Part shown: one piece after another, positions 1 to 13,100 of the stretch
Layout: each line of letters opens with the position of its first letter
How positions within the stretch are numbered: the first letter of the stretch is position 1
Source of the DNA: Vitrella brassicaformis CCMP3155
Taxonomy: Eukaryota > Protista > Chromerida
Assembly: GCA_001179505.1 (NCBI GenBank)
Contig: CDMY01000411.1
Span: 1-64,000 of the forward strand
Reading direction: 5' to 3'
DNA: 64,000 nucleotides
Notes under the pieces: model-generated
Told to the model about the DNA's origin: nothing
The model's input: only the letters and a program-made list of their open reading frames with translations
Databases searched by the model: none
Made by a program: the position numbers and the translations under genes

Positions 1-565
1 GCATGATTGTCCACCTCTCAGCTTCGCCGTGAGGTGAGAAGGGGTGTTGGGTTTTGATAGCAGGGTTTGTGCTTAGCTTGCAGACATGTCTTTCTATTTC
101 GTGCATCTTCGGTGAGCGTTGGCAGCTCTCGTGCGTGTCTTGCTTGGCGGGCTGGCCATGCCCATGATGGACTCGTGCGTTGCGTGCCTTGCGTAAAGGC
201 TTGTACGGCAGAGATTGATCCTTCTGACCACGGTGTGTGTTCGGCACACAGCAACTTCAACATAATCTATCGCTTGATCGCAAATGGGCGTCGACCGATC
301 ACATCGAGGCCTACCCATATCAGTGGCCGTGGAGATGATCCGACGCTCATGCGAAAAACACAGGTGTCGGGCAAGTGGTTACCGCAGAGCCCATCTTCAG
401 CTCTGTCTCTCCCTTGGGGCGCCTACCCTGTCCGTCTACCCGATTAGCCGGTCTGTCTGTCTGTCTGTCTCTGGGAGTGTGTCGTTCATGTTGGCAATCA
501 TTCACACGGGAGCAATTACAAAGAACAATCATCATAAAAATAAACGAAAATAGAATGCCAAGCAT
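1..565 (-). CDS. 5' part of a hypothetical gene, possibly secreted, running off the window start
   Basis: ATG at 565 opens a hydrophobic N-terminus (MLGILFSFIFMMIVLCNCS), followed by a (TGTC)n intron-like tract. Exon structure not resolved. Confidence 0.3.
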
Positions 566-750
566 CTCTCTCCTCCCAAAAAGGCGCCTGACGTCGTAGC
601 TCCGAAGCTCGTCGGGCGCTCCCGCAGACCCAGCTGAAGCGGCCCCTCCTGCCGACCAGCTAGCCTAGCTACCAGCTAGACGCCAAGCTACGCCGATCCC
701 GTTACCGATAGCAACCACCCGAAGGCGCCATTCGTCGCCCCGCTTTGTGA

Positions 751-1845
751 ATGGCCCTCTCTTTCCTCTCTATCTCGTTCCTCTCTGTCTCGTTCCTCGC
801 CCTCGGGAACTGCGCGGAGGTCCTCGCCGAGTCATTTGCGCTAAGCGAAGAGATTCGCTGCCAGCGGCTCTATGCCCCACAGATGTCGAAGTACTTCGAG
901 ACATTCTCTTCGACACTTTTCCTCGAGGCTGGAAGGCAGGTTCTGATTGAGGCGCAGCTGCGCACCCGGTCGAGCACTACCACGAATATGCTGGCCGGCT
1001 TCCGGCTGTACGCGATCATCCCCGGTACGAATCGCAGGGACTACGCGGCATCCGGCGGGGGTCTCGTAGCAGCGGCGAATCATGTGGGGCGGTGCGGAGT
1101 AAGAGGTGATCCCGGACCGTGCGAGGACACTCTCACGCTCCGCGGCTACTGGGTCTACACGGCAAAGCAGACCGCGAACGTACCTTTCTTCATGGAGTCC
1201 CGCGCCCAGACAACCGCCTCCGACATCGATGAGCTTGACAGCTCTTGTCCTGAGGCTCGACCACGGTGCCCCGGCCCGGGACAGCCGAGCAGCACATCGT
1301 GTCACCTGGCCATCAACACCGGCAACGCCAACAGCTACATCCGCGTGTGGGAAGCCGATGCGGCCATTCAGTTTCTCGAGGACTGCCGCTGGGCCGCAGG
1401 GTATGGCACAGTCAACGCCGACACTTCGCCCGTGTCCATACTGAGGCGCACCGTCAAGACACCCGAGGGCCGCTCCGAGATGACTGCCATCTCACACGTC
1501 GGGCTGACCATCGACAACACCGTCGCCCAACCTACCGTGACGCGTGCCCGACTGATTCTCACCAGTCTCACCTCCAACACGAGCAGCTATTTCCCTTCAG
1601 AGGCCGGGACAGTCATCACGATCAGCCCTGAGAAACATCACTACCAGCTGCGTATCGAAGGGGCTGTCCCCGTCGAGCCTGGCGAGCGCATCAGGACCAA
1701 TACGGAGATCTCCCTGGTGTCCGGCAACTGGATCCGCATCGACACTGGCTGCGACGCTGGCTGTGAACTGAGCAACGGCAGACGCCGCATCTGCACTGGC
1801 GCCACTACGCGGCAGGTGGACATGACCGTGCGGTTCGACACATGA
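751..1845 (+). CDS. Intronless 364-aa secreted protein of unknown function
   Basis: Single uninterrupted ORF with a signal-peptide-like start (MALSFLSISFLSVSFLALGNCA), coding-like composition, several Cys pairs and beta-strand-like segments. Confidence 0.8.
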   Translation: MALSFLSISFLSVSFLALGNCAEVLAESFALSEEIRCQRLYAPQMSKYFETFSSTLFLEAGRQVLIEAQLRTRSSTTTNMLAGFRLYAIIPGTNRRDYAASGGGLVAAANHVGRCGVRGDPGPCEDTLTLRGYWVYTAKQTANVPFFMESRAQTTASDIDELDSSCPEARPRCPGPGQPSSTSCHLAINTGNANSYIRVWEADAAIQFLEDCRWAAGYGTVNADTSPVSILRRTVKTPEGRSEMTAISHVGLTIDNTVAQPTVTRARLILTSLTSNTSSYFPSEAGTVITISPEKHHYQLRIEGAVPVEPGERIRTNTEISLVSGNWIRIDTGCDAGCELSNGRRRICTGATTRQVDMTVRFDT

Positions 1846-2089
1846 CTGCGACCGACGCCCTCGCATTCGCTGTATTTTTTCGGTTCGTACACAACCTTCT
1901 TGCCTTCATAGTCTGTCCACAACTGGCCTGTTGTTCGTTTGTCCATACTGGGGGGGCTGAGACGAGAGCCACATGGCGGGCCAAATGCGTGTGTATCTGT
2001 GTGAATGACATAGGAATGGTTCTGTCAGGGCGACAACAGGTATGCTCTCACTCTCAAGCGACGAAGCAAGCAGTGAGGCTAATTAGCTA

Positions 2090-4870
2090 TGTGCTTGTTT
2101 TGCTGGCCAATTGACTGCCGCATGCGCGTACGTCGGTTGTCGAGTCAATGATGCGATGGCATGCAGATGTGGCTGAGAAAGAGACTTGGAGGTTACACAC
2201 CACATAAGTTGATGACGGATAGATTGATGACGACCCTTTCGTGTCTGAGTCCGGTTTTCTACAAAATCGTCAAAAGACATCCACCCGCCCCCATAATAAA
2301 TGCCAGCCGCACATACCCCCGCCCCCCGTGGACATACACAAACATTTGCTGCGACACGAACGAATGCGCGAGCAGCACACATGCACCAAAATCCTCCATC
2401 CACCGCAATCAAGGCCGTGGACACCGTGACATTCTGGTCCAAAAACGTGCACGTAATCCAACAGGATCGCATGCACCACACAAAACTGCATGTGCAACAC
2501 ACAGGAAGGCCGGTCCAGCCACACAAAGCCGCATGTGCACATCGATTCATTGCGCGTATGATGGATCCATGGACGAATCGCAATACGTGCATGAAATCAC
2601 ACACGTGGCCATCTGTGTGTCTCTGGTATCCATCCATCCATCCACCCACCCATCCATTCACCGTACACAAATTCCCATGAACCACATAAAGGACTGCATG
2701 TTCGCTTTGCGATGATGCGATTGCCATTGCCCTCCAACAGGCATAGTGCGCTCTATTCGCTTGTCCACAGTCACATCAAACCGCCTCTCAGCTTACGGCG
2801 CTCGCCAGCGTCATCGGGCGTGTTTCCTATCACGCCGACCTACCACACACACACCACCATGCCGTGTGCCAATTATAGACAATTCACCTTGACGTCAAAA
2901 CATTACCTTATCCGTCAGCTCATGTTCAGTCCAGTGGGGCATCCACAGAAGGCTTTGTGCGTCTCTGGACGGACACGCAGGCAAACGAATATTTGATGGC
3001 TGTGCCGTGTTTCAGCGCGTACGTGACATTTGAGAGATTTCTGAAGTCGCCAGTTCTCGCGTCGATGACCGCAACGCCAGTGTAAGAACCGCCCCTGCAC
3101 AGGGAAGCAGCCAATTGATAATTTTGACTTCTTGGCTGGCTGAATCACAAGCTGCCACTAGCTCACCCTTCAGCGACGGGTGTCAAGACCCATGGGCCGC
3201 CCCGCTCGATACTGCGATACATTCTACCTGGCCCAACATCTGACAGCGGAACAAGCCGATACAAAACATGGGATAAGCTGCGTGCCACTGGATGTCTGCT
3301 CACTGATGAGTGAATAGGTGAGGTTCCCCGCCAACACTTCGCCAATGTCAACCACAGCGACGCCACTATCGGCTTCATCGGACCCCAATGCAATGAATGC
3401 CTGACAGATAAAGAGAAAGGGACCTTCTTCAGACAGCCACCGTGTGTGGGTGATCTCACCAGCCAGTGCGCGGCGCTGCTTGCATCGTCAACAGTGTTAA
3501 AGAAGGACATCTTGCCTGGCCCCCTTCAAACGAGACAACCACCGGATTTGTTCCTCCCTCTATCGCCCTCTGTCCACCTCGCTCGCCGCTTACCCAGGGA
3601 CGTCGAGCGTGATGACTTTCGTCTCATCCGTGAGATTCTTTTTGTTGAAGATGTGCACTCTGTCTGTCTTGGTATCGCTGATCAAGAGCAAATCGCGCGC
3701 ATGGCCCTCCGCATCGTTCTCCGTTTCAGGAATGGGGTAAATCCTGAAGCCATGAGAGAGGCAGTATGAGGTCGGTCTGCTAGTTCTTTACTGTGTCTCA
3801 CATACCTGCCGCTGATGCCTGCATGCCGCCGCAGAGGCCGTCTCGAGGCGACGTCGATCTCCCAAACGCTCGGTGCGTCAGAGGGCCTCATGCACTCCAC
3901 CAGAATGACCTCATCCTTCGCAAATTTGCCGACTTCATGTGTGCCCTCGCAGCCAGCTTCGCTCTTATCGATGGGGCTTGACAGATTGTGAAAATCCACG
4001 TACGTGCGAGACTCAAGGGTGATTTCATGGATACCGGGCTCGCCTGTTGAGGTCGCGAAGGCCACCGGCTTCCATTTAGCCGCCCAGATGAGATTTCCGT
4101 GGCTGTGTTGACCCGCGTGAGCTTTCAGCTTGGAAAACGCAGCGCTGTCGACATCCTCGTAACGCAATATATTGAAGTGTCCTAATGGATGTCGACAATC
4201 CCACAGTGTCAGTGTGTTGATCTCTGCATGTGTCCTACCGTCAGCATCAGAGTGTACCCACCTACAACACACTGCGATTACGTGCGGTCCACCTTCTCGT
4301 GTCAGCTGCTATTACCACTCTTGGAGGTCTTGAAGCCAGTAGGTGTGTACTGCCTCTCGCGCCGCGACGAAGTCCCCTCCACTCTCCCTCTGCAGGCCCA
4401 TCGTCTCCATATCAAATGCTCCATATCACGCTGCACACCCAACACCACAACACCACAGAGCCGCACTGCATGCCCTTTTATCCTCTCGCTTTGTCCTTTC
4501 TGACACACTCTGATGGGGATGAGCGCCTTCGGTTTGGTCGGTATGCCCCATGTAGCGGCTGGCACGCCCCATGCTTCGACACTGGTTTTCTGGCTCTGAG
4601 CAACGCTGTTCACACAGAGCAGACAGGCAGCACAGCGTGTGTGCGTATGTCTGTGTTGTCTGATCTGTCTGCGTACCGGGCCTGTTCGGGATCTATCACA
4701 TAGATGGCACCCTTGGCGAATACGATGAAGTGCCCCTGAGAGAGATCATCAGCGCAAGTGAGTCTGTTTGTGCATATATCATGCATTCAGTGTGTACCTT
4801 TCCGAGCGCCTCTGTCGCTTCATCCCCACTGATGCCCAGGGAGCGAGAAGCGACAGAGAGCTTCATCTGA
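2090..4870 (-). CDS. Multi-exon beta-propeller protein (YVTN/NHL-like blades)
   Basis: Exons bounded by AG/GT encode propeller-like motifs: GVAVIDARTG, GVAVVDIGEV, SHGFRIYP...LLLISDTKTDRVHIFN, HSHGNLIWAA. Gene ends are approximate. Confidence 0.5.
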
Positions 4871-5049
4871 TCACGTCCCGTTGAGCACGGGGGGAGGCGC
4901 AGGTCTCTCCTGATCACGCAGATCTGCCAGTGCCAGTGCACCAAACGAATTAACGGGAGGCCCCCATGTGCCCCCCGGGTACGAAGCAAACTCCACTCCA
5001 CTCACTCACGGGCAGGAAACTACCTGCATTCGAGACAAGCCCGACAACG

Positions 5050-6758
5050 ATGATGCTTTCCAACAGAGAGACGATGATCCCTTCACTTGACCTTGCGTCC
5101 GTGAAGCACCGACACCGCCGAGACGGCGCGGAGAGCGTGTACTCCGTGAGTGTCTACGGGGCCAGCGACGCGGATGGACTTCATTCATCCCCAGTATCTT
5201 CCCCAGGTCCGTCGCTGTTGAAGGAGTCATCAGCCTCGTCGCGCCGGTCGTCGCGCCGGTTGTCGCGCCGGTTGTCGCGCCGGTCGTTGTCATCATCCCC
5301 AGTATCTCCCCGAGGTCCGTCAGGGTCCAAGGAATCCCCAGTATCTCGACCGGGTCCGTTGGGATTGAGAGAACTATCGGCCCTGAAAGCACAATTGCAT
5401 GCGTGACGGTCCGACATCAGGAGTTCCTGCATGCATGCTTACGAGTCTGGTCGTCGCAGCGCGCCGCTCAACTGAAACGAGAAAACCGCAGCCTGCGGCG
5501 ACGCCAGCGGCAGCTCGAAGCCAAGCTCTCTTCTCGCTCGAGAGCTCTCGATGACGTAAGCCACCCATCGACACAAACACGAAGGGGAGGGGGGGGAGGT
5601 CGTGGCATCGCGTGTCGGATCTGCCTGTCCCTTCCAGCACGATGCGGAGCAGGCCGCAGCGGCTGAGGAGTCGACACGGGAGCGGGACGTGCCTCAAGCA
5701 CCACCAGCTGAGCAAGGGACTGCTGGGTTGGATGAGCGGATTTGGGACCTCGAGCGGGAGGTGGGCCATTGCATGCGGGTTCGGCTGCATTTGAAGCCTC
5801 TTGTCTGTTGTTAACCAGGTGGCTGACAGGGATGAGACGTTTCGGCGTCTCGTGAAAGATGTCAGTCTGGTGCGCGTCACCATTCAGGACACTTGTTGCA
5901 CTTGTCTCTCTCTTCTGTAGAGGGATAGATATCGAGAGTTCCTTCACAACGCCAACAAAGGGCACCGCCAGGAGACAGGTCTTCACAGTGATGGCGATGA
6001 GTCGGAGGTGAGAGCAACACCGAGGAAGCATGGAAAGGCCTCACTCCGGCTTTCTTGTCGTTGTTCAGAAGAGCAGCAAGTCAGATCGCGAGCGAAAACT
6101 GGATGCCGAGATGAAGAGAGTAAGCCACAGCTTGGAAGAGACGCGTCCACTTCTGTTAGCGGCTGCGCTCCTTTGCTCAGCTCCGTCAAGAGAACCACAC
6201 GTTGAAGGACGCTTTCAGAGATGCCTTCGTCACGTCTCAGCAGAAAGAGACTGTCGAGGAACGAGAGAGAATCATTGCAAGATACGAGGTAGCACACACG
6301 ACGACACCGAAAGACGAAATCGACACAACGCTTCCCTTCTTCAGGCACGTCTTCAGACTAGGGAGCGGCAGATGGACTCTCAATTAAATGAGTACAAGGT
6401 ATCTTGTCGATCACACGGAGAAGCACGAACCCATCCACTAGCCCACACACACTTTTTCTCCCTGCCGGTCACTTTCTCGCCTCGTTGCCTGCAGTCGATC
6501 ATCGCCTTTGAGCGTGAAGAGAAAGCGGCTCTGCAGAAGAAGCTCGAGGAAGAGCGTCTGTCCCCCCGCCCGCCGCCGCCACAGCTGCTGAGCTACCAGA
6601 CTGAGGGCCTCTTCAGTGCCACTGGGACGGATAACAGCAGCGTTTTCAGCGACCGGTCGTCTGCCCGAGAGCGGACAGATGGCGGCGATGAACAGCAGGA
6701 GCAGCCAATCGGGTGGTGGGGCCGTTTCAAGGCTTCTGCAGTGTTGCTGGCTGCCTAG
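5050..6758 (+). CDS. Multi-exon coiled-coil protein with Ser/Arg-rich N-terminus
   Basis: Successive GT-AG exons encode charged heptad-like segments (QLKRENRSLRRRQRQLEAKL, LDERIWDLERE, EREEKAALQKKLEEER); stop at 6758. Confidence 0.6.
5182..5360 (+). repeat. Coding minisatellites: three TCCCCAGTATCT..GGTCCGT units and four TCGCGCCGGT(C/T)G 12-mers
   Basis: Seen directly; they encode SSPVS(S/P/R)..GP x3 and SRRS/SRRL x4. Confidence 0.8.
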
Positions 6759-7192
6759 GTTCTCTCAGCTGCTGCGACCGGCCTGGGTGCGTTTGCGCGG
6801 AGAAGAGAGAGAGAGAGAGGCCCACGCAGACATCAACCAACACGTATGGTCTCTGTTGCTATGCAGCCACAGCGGTCGACAGAGAAGCCGGCGGGAGATA
6901 GAGGAGGATCTGCTTGTGCGAGAACCCGTAAGCAGAAACATCCACAAACCAATGCAGCCACAAACCTGGGGTCTCTGTCAGCTTGCTGGTCCCTGATCCG
7001 TCGGCTCCAAACGGTCGGCCGACGCACCGGTCGTCGCGCCGGCGCACATCGAGGCGGTAGAGTCTCATCCGCCGACGCAACAAACAGCCGCGCACCAACA
7101 TACTCGAAGAAAGAGTCGCGAGCAGCCGACAAAGCAAAGGTGCGGGTGCAAGAGTATTTGCCACTCAAACGAAGTCTCGACTTCTTTCTCTT

Positions 7193-10100
7193 TCAGTTGC
7201 GTTTGGTGACAACGTCATCCACGAGGCAGGGAGCAGAGCCACAGGAAGAGTCTCCCAGCCGTTCAGAGTGCTTGCGGAATACAGTGATGAGGTCCCCATG
7301 CGAGGCAGCCGACTCAGGTACAAGCACACGGGTGAGAGTTCTTCGCACGGCCTGCTTTTGTCTTTGTCCACAGGGCGATGGATCAATCGCAGGGCACCAC
7401 CCGCCGGCCCACCAAATCGATACTCAAATCAGCAGCGGGGCAATCATCGGCAGCCAACAAGTGACCCCAGACAGAGTCGTGACATTTTGCGTAAGTCTTG
7501 GCGCCATAGGACAGTTAGGACAATGTGCGTTGTTTCATAGGACTGATGTGATTTTGCAAGAGAGACATCCATATCACTTGAGCGAGACGGGAAGGTTGGG
7601 TGCCATGAGCAGAGGGCAGGGAGAAGAAGACATGACTGCACCGCCTTGTATGTAAGTGCCGTGGGTGTATTGGCTGATCTATTTTTCGGTTGGCTGATTG
7701 GTTTTCTGCGTGTCTGTCACCTTTCGCTTGATTGATCAGTCTTTTTCGATGAGTCGTCAAGTGTAAGAGCCCTGCACAGCGTTATGGTTGGTTATGACGG
7801 CCTATCAGGCAGACATTATGCCATAAGACAGTTTGAAGAATCCCGGCAGTCAGTCAGTCGAGAAGCACACAGACAGACAGACAGACCCAGCCACGGAGAC
7901 AGAGATACGGCTGCAGCGCACGAAGTGTATGCAGAGAGAAGGGGTCTACTTTCTCGACACCATGCACGGCTTGTGAGGCAGGATGGGTGGGTCGTGTGGT
8001 GCGGGCTAAGCCTCGTGTACGCGTGTGATGATATTCGTGATGGCATGGCGGTGAGTCTGTAAGGACTGCAATGACCACATTCATGTCTGTCTGGAGACAC
8101 TCTTTTTGTGCACTCGCGTGTCCTCATGCGGGGCCGCATAAATGCAAAGAGACACAGATCAAGTCTAAGTACAATATGAAGGGGAAAGTCACAACGAGCC
8201 AAGTGACTGTCGCCTTGGCTACGTGAACATGTCTAAGTCTTGTATGCCGCCTATCTCCGATAATTCGTCGACGTCCAGCCGCCTCCCTAGGGCCTTCGAC
8301 GACTCAATCAGCTCCTCAGGAGAATTTGCAAACAGGAAGGTCCAGTCCAGGAAAGAAGGGCAGGCAGACAGCAGCCCATTGAAGTGGTCGACGATTGTCG
8401 ATATCTTGATTAGGCCGAAGAAGCCAAGGACGAAGAAGAACGGGCGGACTATCATCTTCTGCGCAAAGCTCAGCTTCGTCGTAATAATGTAGTCGTAGAC
8501 GTCTTGCAGCTTCGATGTCGTGACCTGCAATCGAGCAGAGCACAATGACTCGCAGAATGCAGTGTGCCTGTGGCTTGTTCTTATGTGGCTTACGCAGAAC
8601 ATCAAGAGGAAGAAAAGGCACCAGAATAGGTAGCAGAAGCCGAGAACTACGCCAACTTTCTCTTTTCTGCGCCACTGGCGGATGAGTTTCTTTTTGTCTT
8701 GCAGGTGCATCGGCTGATGCACCACACGCTTGGCAAACAGCTGTTTGAGCAGCATGGGGACGGGGACAGAGAAGACGATTGAGAATATCGCCACCCAAAC
8801 CTGACGGCAGCCACAAAATGACATTCCTTGTGGGAATTCTCCTCTTTCTTTCTTCTTTCAGGCGAGACCTGCCGCCAGTTTATCTGGAATGTTGCCTCGT
8901 TGGGGTCCTCAAAGACGCAGGGCACCGCTGCTTCCTCCTCCTCTTCAACAGGCTGCTCCAGGATCTTTTGCTGCAGCGAGGCATTGTACGATATCGCATC
9001 TGAAAGACAGACTGACACCTGGTGAGCAACTGGTGGGAGAGAAATCGCTAAGTGGCTGTACTCATGAAGGACGATCGCAGCCTTTGCCGCTCCCTCAGCG
9101 ACCAGACAGAGACATTGTACAGCCACCCCTCAGTGTAAGGGCCTGTCATTTTTGTCAAAGGAGGAGATTTGTGTCTCTGCCCTGGTGCATCGGATCGGAC
9201 TGTTACTGTCATTGATCAGATATGCGGCGTCGTCCAGTCGCCTATTAGTTTCAGACACTGTTCCGCCAATGGGCGCCTTGAGCTGAATCAGCCGAGTCAT
9301 TGTCTCGATCTCACTGGCCAGACCACCCTGATTGCAAAAACAAAAGACACTTCCTTCGGCAAATGAGACACAAGTGTACCGACCGGTTTGAGCTCGATGC
9401 CGACGACGGGCTGGCCGACAAAGATGACGTCTCCCAGTACTGATTGCCTGTAGTCGGTCAGCCCCACCGTAGCCGAAACCTAGAGCAATCGTTCAGGTGA
9501 AGCGGATCAGACATCCGTGTGAAAACATAAAAGGCAGCACCTCTGGGTCACTTTCAAGGTCCCCAAAGACCTTTATCCACTGGTCATCCGTCGTGTAGAG
9601 CAAATCAGTCGGGATGCTGAACGACGCCTTTGGAAGGCTGGGTGCCGGAGAGGGCACGTCCGTGTCGTTGGTTGGCAGCTATGCTGTCCGTCGCGTTGCT
9701 TGCAGGGACAGGTACGCACTGCAGAGCGGTGGCCGTGCTCGTGAAGAACAGAGCGCCGACGAATGCGGTGCCCAACGTGGCACATGCAAGTAATAGAAAC
9801 CTGAGAGGACACACGAGGGAAAGAAAGGTTCTCAAAGCTCTCATCTGTTCTGGCCGCTGTCACTGCTCACCTCTGCATGGATGTGAGCATTGCGTTTGGC
9901 TGCAGCACTTTTGCAAGCGGGTGGTTCCTCATGAAAACATTGGACGCCACCTTTGTGTTTGGCCAGGAAAAAAACTCCACTTGTCTGAGGATCTGCTGCT
10001 CTTCCTGTGGAAGTGCACTTGTGTCCTGTCTCTCGAACTTCTTCTCTGCAGCCAAATCGGGTGCGACCGGCGCTGGCTGCTCCAAAGGGGCCGGTGGCGC

Positions 10101-13100
10101 ACTCTCCGGCTTTTGTCGCGCTTGAAAGTGACTTTTGGGCACATCAGACAGGGAGACATTGAGAAAAAGGTCGTCGAAGTGCATCTATACTTGATCACCG
10201 TCTGAAGGTTTCTATTGCTTGGAGAATCTCCTCCGCCACTGCCGCAGTCGACGTGGAGACAATGATGTAGACTGAGGGCTCAGTGGCTGTCGCACACGGG
10301 CCAGGGTCAGCAGGTAGGGAGACGGGGGATGCAAGGTGCGTGCAATTGAGATGGGGACCTTCTCTTGTACAAGTGTCTCCTGAAAGTGCTCATCGCTTGT
10401 GAAGGAGAGCAGCTGTGCTTGCACCAGACCAGACCATCGAAGGGAATGCCGATGCTTGCAGGCCCCCCTTCGTCAGTGGTTCCCATTTCTTCGTCGACTT
10501 GAGTTCTCTTCAACACCGTCAGTCCCGAAGAGTCCACGTCAATCACTGAGGCCGTAAAGGATGCTCCGAGGCTGCTGAAGGAATAGATTTCGTTCTCAAA
10601 TGTAACGGCCTCGGCCTTCGAGGTTTCGGAAGGACCGTGAATGGCCGATTCCGCAGCGACAGATATGTGAGACGGCTCCTCTTCCTGCACGAGCCTGTAA
10701 TATACACATGTCTTGTTGGTGTGGTGTTCTCACCTCCTCGATTTCTTCCAGCTCGACCGCTGCTTCGTCCACCGCTGCTTGTGCTTGTCGCGTCTCGTCA
10801 CCCTCTGCCTCCTCATGGCGGCTTTCCTCCTCACCGACGTGCCATAGGCGGGTCTGCCAGGCACGCCTGCCCCTCCTGATGGTCTCAGTGAACCTCTCAG
10901 CGTCCTCTCTCGGCAAGAAAAGGTGGACTTGGACCTCATTCAGCCGGTCCTCAAGATCAGGGGCTTCCATCTGGGCCGCTCGTTGCTCTATGGCTTCCTT
11001 GAGAAGCTGCGTTGACGAATGGACCGTCAGGCTGATGTCGACGCGAACGACCAAGTTGACGGCCGCTTCAGACTCACCAGAGAAATGCTCAGTCTCGAAC
11101 CCCTTGGCGAGTTTTCCATACCATCTCTGAGATTTTCTGCTTTCAGCCGACTCTTCACCTTCGCCAATCGGCTCATCTGCCCATTCAACTCCACAAATGC
11201 GGACCCAGTCGATTTGGACCTGATTCGACCCTCTCCGCAAGACCAAGCCAAAGTCAGTCACATCAATCGCCACAAGAACTCCACGCACGCCCTCACGTGA
11301 CGTTTTTGCATCCAAGAACAAGGCCTCTAAGGCTGCGTCCCTAAGACAGGCATGTGCAAAAACATACAATTGTGAGCAAACAGCTTTTCCGGGATGTCTT
11401 ACTGTTTCATTGACTCTTCTTCGTCGAGCAGCATGACCAGAGCTTTGTCCAGGGTGAAGCTGATCGATTCTGTGGACAGCTCTTCCTCCTCCTCACGGAT
11501 TTGTCTGATGATATCCTGCATCACCTGGTCCCTCGCCTCCGGCAACGGCTCCACCTCGCCAGGCTCGGGGTGTTCAGAGAGCATGACCCCCTGGATGGCC
11601 TGTGCTAGCGCGTCTTTCCGCACAGAGCGTCCCTGCTGTCTCTCCATAACCAAGACCTGCTCACGCTCGGCCGGTTTGGGCTCGGCCCTGGTTTCTTCAA
11701 AATACGTCCCACTGCGTCTGCTCGCCTCCTCTGCGAGGACTATCAAGATCTCTTTGGCATCGTCGCCGGCTCCGTCCAGGGCCTCCTGCACTTCCGGTGG
11801 GTAGACGTAGCTTGTTTCGCCGAAGAATTGGACAAGCATTGGTTTTTGCGTAGCCCTGCCGTATTTCTTCAAGCGGTAGCCCTGCGCGTTGCGGAACTCA
11901 GGTTTGCAGAGGGCGTCCTTGATCGGCAGTGCCACCTCTCCCAGCAACGACCCTCCTCCTCCCATCTTTGGGCAGCCAGCCGACCCTCAACACAAGGGCA
12001 CCGAAATCCCTCGGACCTGAGACTTTGATGACGTTCTTGCCGATGTCCGTCTGGGTGAACTGGAAAGACAGCTCATCCACCGGTGACACCTCGACCACAT
12101 CCGCTGCTGCCGTGATTGCGTAGGACGGGACGTGGCGGTCGAGCGGTGGTCCTGTTGGAGCCTGTGGCCCCGTCTCGCGAGAAAACATGCCGAAGCAAGC
12201 CTTCTGAACTCGTCCAAAGAGGTCGGCAACGGCCCTTTTTTGCGGTTGTGCTTCTTCCTCCTGAGGGAATGGCTGAGCTTGGCTGCCAGACAGCTGCTCG
12301 GTGAGGTAGGCTTCAATATAGATATTCATTGCCTTATTGGCCGTGACTGGGATATTCTGAGCCGACTGAATCTGGATTGTGGCCGTCCTCCCGCCGCTCT
12401 CATCATCCTCAACATGGTAATTCAATTGCATAGTCGCGGTTGGCAGGATGGCTGCATTAAGGGACAACGGAATGCGTAGTGGCTCACTTGTTGGCTGGCG
12501 ACGAGATGACAGACTCAGCACCGCTTCAGCCAGACGCGCAGGGTAATCGGTCAGGCTGCTGTCGACAACTCTTAGCAGAATCATGTCCTCCTGTATGCGC
12601 ATTCACAACAAACATACCTTTCAGGCTCTTTCTCGCTCATTCGTTGTCCCTTCTCACCTTCCTCTTAAATGGGAGCTCTAGACTGCATTCTGCCGCTGGG
12701 AATCGTGTGACAGGCCCCTTGTCGACGGTGGGCGTCTGCACCAGATCACTGTCGTTTTCAGGATCGGGCAGCGGCTTGCCGGCCTCGGACAAGAAGGCCA
12801 GTTTGTGCGGCTCGAGGACATAAGCCTCCACAAACACAGGCTCCGGCTCGCTGCGTGCCACGTCCAGCCTTGTCGAGGTCTTCACTGCTGCTGTCCTGAC
12901 CTTGGCCTTCTTCCGGAGCAAGAGGGGCACAAACCCTTGGGTTGGCTCGGCCGTGCTTGCCAGGACTTCGAGCGATGACGGTAGCCCAGCCACCTGAGAG
13001 ATCTGGATCTTAAGCAGTTTGCGACTCGCCACCGTGTCCTTCAGTTCATCCACTTTCTCCAGCAGTTGCGAATCGTGCCACTTACTGATCAGCTCCTTCA

